Of a DNA stretch of 64,000 bases, positions 37,001 through 47,730 are shown piece after piece; positions within the stretch are counted from its first letter, which is position 1; the number at the start of each line of letters is the position of its first letter. The position numbers and the translations under genes were made by a program. A model generated the notes under the pieces. It was not told the DNA's origin, made no database searches, and saw nothing but the letters and a program-made list of their open reading frames with translations. Source of the stretch: Squalus acanthias (taxonomy: Eukaryota); the NCBI GenBank assembly GCA_030390025.1, contig CM059431.1:94552001-94616000 (forward strand). The letters run 5' to 3'.

Positions 37001-38230
37001 GAGTTGGGAGAGAGTTTTTTCCAGGGGCGGACACAGAAGGAAGTAGTGTTGGGTGGGGGAAGGGGGATGTGGGTGGAGAGCGATATGAGGAAGTGGTCAG
37101 AGATGGCCTTATCTTCAATTGACTCGATGGGAGTAGCGAGGCCACGAGAGATGGCAAGGTCGAGGGGGTGGCCATGAATATGGGTTGGAGAGTTCACATG
37201 GAGGGAGAGATTAAGGGAGGATAGGAGGCTAGTGGACTCAGAGGAGAGAGAGCATGAGGAATTGAGATGGAGGTTGAAATCAGCGAGGACGAGAAGTCGC
37301 TCAGTGCAGAGGTTGAGGGTGGAAAGCAATGAAGATATCTAGGTAATAAGATTTTTATCTTACTTGGGTGGGTGGTAGAGAACGAGAATTTTAAATGAGA
37401 GTTGAGAGGGGTGGAACAAGGTGAGATGCTCAAAGGAGGAGAAAGTGCCGGAGGAGTAGCGGGACAGTCCCAGGTGTGATTTGGTGATGAGAGCCACACT
37501 GCCACCACGATGGGTCTGGGTGGGGCAAGTGGTGGAAGGTATAGCCAGGCGGAGAAGCTTCATAAAAGATCAATGCAGTGGTGACTTTAACAGCAACATG
37601 CAGGTCTGTCCCTGGGCTGGATGTTGCCTGCAGGTCAGACTCCAGTATACAGCACAACTCAGTGACTCCTGAAACGTAGAAGGTGAAGGCAAGTCCCTTC
37701 CGACATGCCCGAATAATTGTGCTTGTGTCGTAAGATGTAATTCCTGGGCTGGGTGCTGGTAGGTGCCGGGCGCTGGTTGTGCCTCTCTTTCCCCCTGAGT
37801 GAATTCCTCTTCTTCCTCCAAACCCAGTAAACAGCCCTTGGCAGGCCCATAGAACACACTTGATCAGTCTGCTTGCAGCTGCAGGAGTGATCTAGTGGCA
37901 GCAGGAATGCTGATGTGGAAGGTGCAAACCATGGGGATGAATAGAAGGGAAACAGCAACAGGCAGCAGAGGAAAAAATACACCAACTTTAATGATCATTG
38001 TTCAGTTAGTAAAGCAAACGCATCACTCAGAATGCAGGGCTCACCAAGTGGAATCCTAACTTCAAATGTTGGAGTTCTTCACTGAATGGTTTGCAGGCCT
38101 CCGTTTTATACAGGCATCCAGTGAATCAGGAGCTGTGCTGCAAACCTGCACAGAATGGTACCAATTGATTCATTGACATCATTTTGTAGTGCCATTTGAG
38201 GCCTGTGCACATACAAAGGAATTCAATAGG
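34095..38230 (-). mobile_element. Old Harbinger transposase relic split by an L2 insertion (parts at about 34095-34760 and 37564-38230)
   Basis: N-terminal part LLRF...DLQ...VAVKVTTAL.FY at 37564-37760. Core RVQGTIDG, RIMHVTTRYP..HDAFI and YSPE...CCIL at 34230-34710. Confidence 0.6.
34766..37563 (-). mobile_element. L2-clade LINE ORF2 fragment with (GTT)n-type 3' tail
   Basis: DFNLH, ISDH, NYRPISNLPFLSKILE, QSGFR..HSTETAL, SAAFDTVDH, GVPQGSILGP, YADD and LHWLPV motifs. Confidence 0.93.
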
Positions 38231-38239
38231 GTAATACAT

Positions 38240-40755
38240 AGGCTGCAAATTTTATTCCTCTGAGGGGGCGGGTTTGGAGACAGGTCTGTCGCGAAAATCG
38301 GAGAAATTGGGGGCAGGCTGCGAACCCGCCTCCATCCCGCCTCCACGCAACTTTCGGAAGTGTCGGGTCAGCCGCTATCGAACTGACCCGACACCAAACG
38401 GCAGGACAGGTTGTTAAGGCAGTTAATACGTCGGTAACTGCCTAGTTAATCCTATTTTAAAGGGCTGATCATATTTTCGTGGTTTTTCAAGATGCTGCCC
38501 GCCTTCATCAAAACACACCTGGTGAATGGAGGCGTGTTCACCTCGGATCTCAATAGTTGACAGCTGCTCGAGCAGCTTTAAAGTGGTCCTGCAATGTCTC
38601 ATTCTTTCACATGCCACAACTTAGTGGCTTGAGGTTTGGGAGACATTTTGGTGCTCAACTAATCTTGAGGTTAGAGTCTGACATCCGTCTGCTGTGTCAG
38701 CTCCTTGGAACACCCTCTGGCCACTTTGTCTGAGCGCTCACAACCTCCATTCCTTGACTGAGATATCTACCAGCGGTATGGGCTCCATTTATTTCCTCTC
38801 ATCCTGGTCGTCATGATCGGAGGAGCAGCAGCTGCGTGACTCAGCGCAGAGCTTCCTCGGAAGAAGAGGAGGAGGAGGAGGAGGAGCGCCTTGCGGGCCC
38901 TGTTGTGACTAATGCAGCATCCCTCCAGGTCACTGCTGCCCGTCAAACAAGGGATGCACTCTGCCACATTCGCATAGCTTACTCTTCAACCATAGGTGGC
39001 TACCATATGGCTCTCTAATTGTAGGTGACCATCCTCCAACGTCATACATCATCTCTGCTATAACCGGTTCTTTCATATCACTTCCACCATTATTACAAAT
39101 GCAAGTCGCCCTGAGCCCGCAATGCGCATTTGCCATTTCCCAGAACACATAGGTTGCAGCTTCCTCTGAGGAATCTTCCGGCTCTTCCTCCTGGACAGTG
39201 GGGAGGGGGGCTCTCGATGGTCATGTGGGGGAGTAAAGGCACGAGTTAGACATGTGACACTAAAGTAGCATGCACATTGAATTGTGTAGTTGATCATAAC
39301 TCAATCTGTATGAGTATCAGATGCCATATCAGTCACTCATGCAATGTAAATGAGAGGGATGCAAATCTATTCTGTCACCAGCTTGTTCTACTGCGCCCAT
39401 CTGACTGTCCCCCACTTCCAGATCCTCAGCACCTCCTATGACCTCCAGAGCAGCCTCCTCAGCAGTGGTCAGATGGGCAATGGAAGGTGGCCCTCCTCCT
39501 GTCCTGGCCTTCTCCCTCTTATTGTGGCTCTCTTTTCCTGCAATGAGGGACACAAGTGGAGTTTGAGTGAGAATGATGGAGTGAGTGTAGAGAATCCATA
39601 GCATAGATGCTTAGGGGGAGACAAAGATGGAGTGAGGTGCCAATACCAAGGGCCCTCCCTGTGCGTTGTTAGTTGTTGTCATTGCATAACAGTGATAGCG
39701 AGTGTGAGGGGTGCATAGTAGAATAGTGAAATGATTCTGTACATAGAGAGAGAGGGATGGTTAAGGGTGCAAGGGACGTAAGGGTAAAGTGGGATGTGCA
39801 GCAGTAGGTTGACAATGCAGAGTGCTGGTGATGAGAGGAGATGGGGAGCAGATTGAGGGTAAGTGTGATGTTATACTCACTTTTCCTGAGCAACCAGGTC
39901 ACTAAACCTTTTCCTGCATGGGACCCAGGAGTGAGCACACAACGATCTGGAGCTGACCTCCTCAGCAATTTGCAGCCAATCTGTTTTGCTTTGCTGAGGA
40001 GGCTTCCTCCATCCAGAGGATGGGAAGAGTACCTCCTGGCGCCTTCTCACTCCATCCACAAGACCATGAAGGGAGTCATCATCAAAGCGGGGAGAGGCCT
40101 TGGCTCTTGCAGCAGTCATGGGTACAATGGGGACAGCACGGTGGCATAGTGGTTAGCACTGTTGCCTCACAGCGCCAGGGACCCGGGTTCGAATCCGGCC
40201 TCGGGTGACTGTCTGTGTGGAGTTTGCACATTCTCCCCGTGTCTGCGTGGGTTTCCTCCGGGTGCTCCGGTTTCCTCCCACAGTCCAAAGATGTGCAGGT
40301 TAGGTTGATTTGGCTATGATAAATTGACCCTTAGTGTTAGGGGGATTAAATACGTGGGGTTACGGGGATGGGGTGGGATATGTGTCGGTGCAGGCTCGAT
40401 GGGCCGAAATGGCCTCTATCTGCATTGTGGGGAATCTGTGATTCTGAATTTCCAAACGAGAACCAGCAGGAAAGGATGAAAATGAAACAATGCTGCATGG
40501 GCCCCTTAAATACAGTTGGCTGACAGACGTCAGCAGAGGTGAGCAGCAGACCCGAAACCACTAATTGGGCCAGGTAGCGCGCACGCAGAGATTCAATAGG
40601 GCAATTAAGGCAAAATCGCAGTTTCTGACTGGCTGGAAGTGAAGGCGGGACCGGAACCCACCGAACATCAAACCCCCACCCAACCCCACCTCGCGGCCAA
40701 AGTGACTCCCACGGCTTCTCCGTGGAAACCCGCTGGGCATTAAAATCGACCCCCA
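38240..40755. mobile_element. Internally deleted Harbinger related to family A, inverted
   Basis: Myb exons on the minus strand (PRFDDDSLHGLV at 39877-40119; HNKREKARTGGGPP near 39540). On the plus strand the transposase start MGSIYFLSSW (38778) is joined almost directly to the acidic C-terminus (SSEEEEEE...AARQTRDAL). Terminus AAAATCGACCCC. Confidence 0.8.
40129..40446 (+). mobile_element. tRNA-derived V-SINE (HE1-like)
   Basis: A box TGGCATAGTGG, B box GGTTCGAATCC, and V-domain TGTGTGGAGTTTGCACATTCTCCCCGTGTCTGCGTGGGTTTCCTCCGGGTGCTCCGGTTTCCTCCCACAGTCCAAAGA. Confidence 0.92.
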
Positions 40756-41474
40756 CTAGTCAATACTCAATTCAAATGGGGGATAAAGTCAACAAAACGA
40801 GGTACTTCCAGTCATTGTTGGCATTAATTCACAACTGTTATTGGTTGATTGTAATGAAAACAGAAGAAGTGAGGTGCCAACTTCCAGCAAAGAACAAAAA
40901 GCTATTTCTGGGACTTCTGCAAATTATTTGGCTTGTCTTCATGCCTGTCGTCATATCCCTAAACTAGTTTCAGTATTATTCCACTTCATACAGAGTACAA
41001 ATCGCAAAGGGTTCTAATTATGCAATATATGCTGAATGACACCAGACTTCATGAGACAAGCTGCTGCTACTTCGCAATGTGAGTCACCTCAAGCCCATTG
41101 TGCCAGAATCCTGGAGTGAAGAGAATTGTATCTGCAGAAATCAATTAAATTTTGGACTATTTGATACAATGCCAACTTCTTTAGTTCTTGGATTTACCAG
41201 GTATGTGATTTAAAAGTGAGCCTCACTATCAATAGGTTCTTTTAAAAATCAGTTAGAAAGAATTGCTGTCAACTTTAGCATTGTTTTGTTCTTTATCTGG
41301 ACATTTGTTTTATTTTTTAACATGATTGGTTAATGGAAAAGGAAGTAAGAGTGCTTGCTTTCGATAAGTCCCATATAGATGCACATTACAGGGGTTATTT
41401 TCCAACTTTGCAAATGAATTTAATTGGCAGGAAAAATCATACACAGCACGAGGACAAATTTCCAGCATGTTCTG

Positions 41475-42000
41475 TGTCGAAGTTTTACATGCCGAGTAGA
41501 GCTCTTTCTTAAACATAGAATCGTGTCAAAGAAGGCTTTTTAATAAAGTTTACTTGTTACAAGGGAAGGTTCTGACACAGTCAAGTTGCTATGTCAGAAT
41601 GCTTCGAATCTTACAAGATTTGAACATACTTTATACAAAAAGAACACAGAACAGGCCATTTGACATAGCATTAAACATCCTGATTAATGAGGCAGAAACT
41701 TGTGAGTTATTGCATAGGTTTTCGTTATAATAACAAGCAGAAATTCAATGTTCATTCTCTAATCTGTGGGTTGATGGCTTACCTTATCTCATCCTGAGCT
41801 GGTTAGAACTAATTGATGCCTTATTTTGCTAAGCTTTTCTTAGATAAGGAATTCCGAGTTGTCTCTATCCTTGTAGCTAATTAGAATGATTTACTTATTA
41901 TGGTGACTTCTACTGTCGGCCATTTTGAATTCCCTTTTTTAAATTCTTTTCTCAGAGAAGCCATTTTGTTTGTGTCTTAAAAGTAAACTGCAGTTCCACA
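41475..42000 (-). repeat. ERV 3' LTR (526 bp)
   Basis: TG...CA ends; direct repeat of 51035-51606. Confidence 0.97.
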
Positions 42001-42012
42001 TTTTCCCCTTTT
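42001..42012 (-). other. Polypurine tract
   Basis: AAAAGGGGAAAA immediately precedes the 3' LTR on the minus strand. Confidence 0.9.
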
Positions 42013-42668
42013 GTCCTTTCTAGGACAACATAGCTTTCTCCTATCGGTCCTTATACTAACTTAAAATCTAGTCAAGGATACCGACTTCTTTTCTGTTTGT
42101 AACCATCCCCGGGATATACCTGTATTGATGGTTGACCTTATCTAAGATCGTCCTTCTTCTCTGTCTATTCTCGGTGTTTGGGCGTATGTTCTTGTAGGGG
42201 TTTTAGTTGTGTTTTGGTGACTGTGGCGTACTTTTGTGGTTCATTAGTCTGCTGTTCTCTAACTTTTCCTGCAGCTTATACTAGCCTGCAGTTCGGGTGT
42301 TGCTATACACCCTCTAAGGAGATAGGGTACAGCAGTTCATAGAGGAGTTCTAAGTCATGGCCCACACAGTTTATACCTAACCTGTGGGGTTCTCCAAAGG
42401 AACTACAGCTGATTCATGACCCACACAGTTTATTCCTAACCTGTGGGGTTCTCCAAAGCACAAGTGCTTCTACGTGAGCCTCCAGAGTGCAGACCAAGTG
42501 GTATACAAGGTCGACGTCACCGGCAGTTGAAAGGAGTCCTCTCTCTTTCCCTAGCCTGCAGATCCCATTTGGGTGGAAGAATATTTTACCAAAAAGTGGG
42601 GAGCATGCAAAATGTATATATATATATATATATATGTATATCTTGTCTAGGTTGTCTAATCCTTAAAA

Positions 42669-44132
42669 CTATATTTTATTCAATCGCCTCAGTTCCTCCC
42701 CGAAGGGACCATACTTTTCTTCTTCGTCATTCATTTCTTTCTGTATCAAGTTCATACTTACTTCAGGTATGACTACCTTGCCTAACCTATTACAACAACA
42801 CTTAATCATTGTGACAACCAAAATGATACATGCCATCGTGGCTAATACTACTACTAATCCATGCAATAATACTTGTCCCATTGATCCCAACCATCCCCCT
42901 AATATCCAATCAGCCCAGCCGCCTTTGGTCCTGGATTGATAGAGCAGGGCAACCTGTTTCTGAATATGGTCCGCTAAGTTGGTTATATTTTCAGAGCTAT
43001 CTGGGATATATGTGCAGCATTCTGCTCCGATCATGGCACATGTACCTCCCTGTGCAGCTAGTAGGTAATCTAGTGCCATTCTATTTTGTAGGGCGACGGT
43101 TCTCAGGGCTACCATTTCGGCGCTCACCTCCCTCAGGGATTTGACCGTGTCGTTAGCTACCCCCTCGATTAATGCTGACAGTAACAGTATTTCTTGGGAA
43201 GTAAACGCTATTCCAGCAGGGGGAAACATAGCTCCAACTAACATCTTCCATGTGGGGAGTTCTCTTTTCTTACAGCTATGCTTATGGTGGTCTTTCAATT
43301 CCTTTATGTGGTGTATGTATGGTACTACATACCCCAAATAGCATGATCCTGCCCAATTCTCTGGTAGCCAAGGGTATGCTCTGTGACCGCATATGAAGTA
43401 CATCCCGTTATAGGCTGTCACTATCTGACCCGGTTGATCAGGGTTCACGTTGGTGCGGAAAACGGTAAAACCCATCTGATTGTCAGTATTCAATCGTTTA
43501 GTCCCATTCCATGGTCTGTTATTAGTCAAATTCATCAAACTGGTAGTATTGAACCACCAGCTTTCCATGGAACTCCCTGCCCCGTACGTAATAAACTTTT
43601 GTATGCAATGACTTTTCCCCATATTAACTCTGTTCCCTTTAGTCTGTCCTAGATCGCGTTCCCAGCAAATATCCCCGATCGGTCGGCCCTTTCCCGATGT
43701 ATTGGTAAGGGCTAGAAAAGGAGGTACTTTCATATAATCATACGTCGGCTTGTACCATCCCTTAAAATTTTCTAACCAATATCCTCCCCCCTTAAACTCG
43801 TTTCTTAGGCTAGACCACTTTTATTCCCATTTATTTCCGAAGGTGGATAGGGTGGTATTTTTCTGTTTCGTATGATTTTTATTAATTATCCATTCTGCCA
43901 TATCTGTGAGGTTCAAGGGTATCGGTCGCAGAGGTATTCCTCCTTTCACATGGGTAGGAATATGGCTACATACCCAACAGGCGTTTATCCCACTTTTTTT
44001 GGCATACTTATATGACATATACAAAAAAGTGTTCATATGTAATTCTCGTTTCTTTCGGGGTTCTTTTCTTCTCCCTTGGCAGGCTATACATATCAGTCCG
44101 ATTAGTAGGTAAAACGTAAATAACAGCTTCAT
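42669..44132 (-). pseudogene. env: Envelope glycoprotein (gamma-type), one premature TAA at 43821-43823
   Basis: Signal peptide, CWVC (CXXC), furin-like KKR site, immunosuppressive domain LQNRMALDYLL, CX6CC (CAMIGAECC) and a TM helix. Both ORF pieces are in the same frame. Confidence 0.95.
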
Positions 44133-44157
44133 TATTTAAGTCTTTTCAAATTCAAAT

Positions 44158-47100
44158 TCAACTGTCCTTATCTGATACTTTCTTGCAATGGGATGCGTGG
44201 ATCCAAGTAGGTCTTTCCTTGACCTTTACAGCTGTATTTGTTGTCAAGAGTACTTGATATGGCCCTTCAAAGCGTGGCTGCAGACCGTTCTTCCTCTTAA
44301 AGACCTTTATGTAGACGTCATCTCCTGGTTCCAAATTATGGCACTTTCCTTCGGCCGGTTCCGTTTGAGCTTCCTTTACCTGTTGGTGAAAGCTGGAAAT
44401 ACATCTAGTTAATGCAATGCAATAGTTTAGCATATTTTCATCCATTTTATGAATGTCCATTTGTTTAACCGTAAAGGGTGCTGAGAATGGCAGTCTTTGG
44501 GGTCTTCCCATAACAATCTCATGTGGCGACAGTCCAGTTGTCCTGTTAGTTGCTGCTCGCATTACCATCAATGCTAAGGGTAACATTTCAACCCATTTTA
44601 GTCCAGTTTCATTGCAAAGTTTAGAAAGTTTATTCTTCAGTACTCCGTTATATCTTTCTACCAGCCCTGCAGATTGTGGATGATAACTGCAGTGAAAATG
44701 CTGATTAATCTGCAAGGCTTTACATAGTTCTTTAACGATCATTCCAGTAAAGTGCGATCCATTGTCGCATGAGAGCTGCATAGGTATTCCAAACCTTGGT
44801 ATGATTTCTTTTAGCAAACACTTCGCAACTGTTACAGCATCATTCTTTTTACATGGAAAAGCTTCCACCCATCTTGAGAATGTGTCTATAATTACCAACA
44901 CGTATTTGAATCCTAAACATACAGGTAATTCAATAAAATCCATTTGCAAATTTACAAAAGGGCCTGATGGATTTGGGTGGGAGGCAGACTGTACTTTCTC
45001 TGTCTTGCCTGGATTCATTTCCTGGCAAATGGTGCACCTTTCACTAATTTGTTTTGCAATTGCCGAAATACCTGGTGCATACCATGTTTGATTAATATAG
45101 TCTGCCATCCCCCCTTTGCCCGCATGTGTGAAAACATGAACGCAGCGGGCAATCCACGGGAGTAGAGATTTCGGGGCCACCATGCGGCCGTCATGGTGAA
45201 CCCATATCCCTTCAGGCGTTTTAAAGCACGAATCCCTTGCCCAACTTAACACTTCGTCCGAGTTAGCCTGTGACTGAAAGGTCAAAACATCATTAATAGA
45301 AGGCGGGTCATTGTCTGATTTTTGTTGACGCAAAACAAATGCTGAGACTTGTGGCCCTGTATCTGACAGAGCGGCTGATTTAGCAGCTTTATCTGATCGA
45401 TCGTTACCCAGGGAGATCTGATCCTGACCCCCGGTATGAGCCTGACATTTGATGACTGAAATTTTTGTGGGACACGCTAGGGCTTTTAAAAGGTTATTAA
45501 TTTGTTCAGCATTTTTAACAGTTGTTCCTGATGAAGTTAGAAACCCCCTTAATTTCCAGATCTGTCCGTAATCATGAGCAACCCCGAAGGCGTATCTGGA
45601 GTCGGTATAGATATTAACGGTTCGACCAGCAGCTAGTATGCAAGCCCTTGTAAGAGCAAAAAGTTCTGCTTGTTGCGCTGAAAAAGACTGAGGTAATGAG
45701 AGAGCTTCCACAACTGAATGATCATCTGAAATGGCATATCCAGCCCTAGGTGATCCCCTGTCATCCCTAAGAGCTGACCCGTCCATGTAGTATATTAAGT
45801 CACTATTAAAAATAGGAGTTTCAGATAGATCTGTTCGGGCCTTGGTAGCTAATTGGGTAACCGTCTCTCAGCAATGTGGAATTCCGTCTTCTTCTGTTGG
45901 CAGCTGCATGGCTGGATTCAAAACTGAACACCTTTGAATTAGGAGGTTGGAATTAGATAGCAATGCAACCTCATATTTGCTGCTACGGGCTGATGTCAGA
46001 TGTTGGGTGGCGTATTTTGTCAGTAGTACTTCAACTGAATGTGGCACAAATAAAACTGTTCAGTGATTAAGTGTGATGCCTTGAGCCTGTTCCACTGCGT
46101 AATAGGCAGCGGCTAGAATTGGCAAGCACCCGGGCAAACTGCGTGCAACAGGATCTAATTGAGTACTGAAATACGCTAATGGTCTCTGTTTATCCCCATG
46201 GATTTGAGTCAGAACAGATTGAGCAAAGCCCGCTTTATGATGGACGAAAACGTTAAACTGCTTCTGATAGTCTGGCAGCTCTAATGCTGGGGCTGATATA
46301 AGGGCTTGTTTAACATTTTCAAAGGCATCTTCAGCCTTTTTGTCCCAGGCGAGAGGATCCTCCGCTGTGGGTGCGGAAATATCCAGCAGTGGGCGTACCA
46401 GGTCCGAATATCCTACTATCCACTGTCTACAGTATCCTGACATGCCGAGAAAATGTTTCAACTGTTGTTTAGTGCTAGGCAAAGGTGCCTCACAAATGGC
46501 TTTAACTCTTTCTTGCATCAAACGGCGGCTATTGCCATGGAGCTCATGTCCCAAATATTGTACTTTCTCTGACACAAACTGCAGCTTAGAACGTGATACT
46601 TTATGTCCTTTTGCCGCTAAGGCACGTAGCATAATGAGCGAGTCGGTCTGGCATGACTGTACATCGGGTGAAGCTATCAGTAAATCATCGACATATTGGA
46701 TAAGTGTGGATCCTCCGGTAAAGTGTATGTCTTCTAAATCACGTTTAAGGCTTTGCGAAAAGATTGTGGGGCTTTCTGTGTAACCCTGCGGGAGTCTTGT
46801 CCAAGTGAACTGTGTTCCTTTAAATGTAAAGGCGAAGAGGAACTGTGAATCTTGATGGATAGGGATACTAAAGAAGGCTGAGCATAAGTCAATGACAGTG
46901 TAGAATTTCGATCCAGAGGGAATGCTAGTCAGGATCGTGGCAGGATTTGGCACAACTGGGTAAACGGGTAATACTGATTCGTTCACTGCCCTTAGATCCT
47001 GCACAAGTCTCCACTTCCCACGCTCTTTCTTCTCGACCGGAAAAATCGGAGTGTTACATTGGCTCTGGGTTGGAACAATTATTCCTTGCTCCAACAAAGA

Positions 47101-47730
47101 GTTAATAACAGGCTGGATTCCTTGTTCGGCTGCTGTTGAGATCGGGTACTGCGGTCTACGGGGCAATCTGACAGATGGTTTTAATGTAACCTTGTATGGC
47201 TGAGCAGTTAACATTTTTCCAACCTCGTTTGAATGGCTAGACCATACTTGTGGTGGAATTTGATCGAGTAGTTGCTCTGTTTCCCGTGAGGTAACTGGAG
47301 GGGCGCATTTCTGCAAAGGATACATAGTGCATCTATCAGTAGGGATGTACACCTGTAGTCCTTTTTCTGAACAAATTATTGTAGCTTGCATTTTGCACAG
47401 CAAATCTCTCCCTAAAAGGTTCATAGGGGCATCGTCTGACAGAAGAAAAGCGTGCTGGCCAGAAAAATTGTCTGCTTGTATTTCTAATGGCTGTGACCAC
47501 GTCATAGTCTGCGAGATGCCAGAAAGTCCTACACATGTAGCGCTCTTCTCTGTACACGGAGTTCCCTTAGCGTATTGCTTTGTTAATAGCGAGCTTGTGG
47601 CTCCTGTGTCAATAAGAAAAGGAACTCTCTTGCCCTGCATTTCTATGGATAAATATGGCTCATCTCTAGAATTTGATGATACAGAAGGTAATTGTAAAAT
47701 GTGGGTAACGTTCGGGGCTGTTTCACTGCG
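44158..47730 (-). pseudogene. pol: Pol polyprotein (protease, RT, RNase H, integrase), two in-frame TGA stops (46060-46062, 45868-45870)
   Basis: LIDTGA, LPQG, YVDD, DGS, AQQAEL, YTDSRY, HHCC, MDF/SCDNG/VERYNG and GPY motifs, all in a single frame. Confidence 0.96.

Noticed and set aside
40129..40205. tRNA gene
   Set aside because: The A/B boxes belong to the tRNA-derived head of a V-SINE, and the V-domain follows directly.
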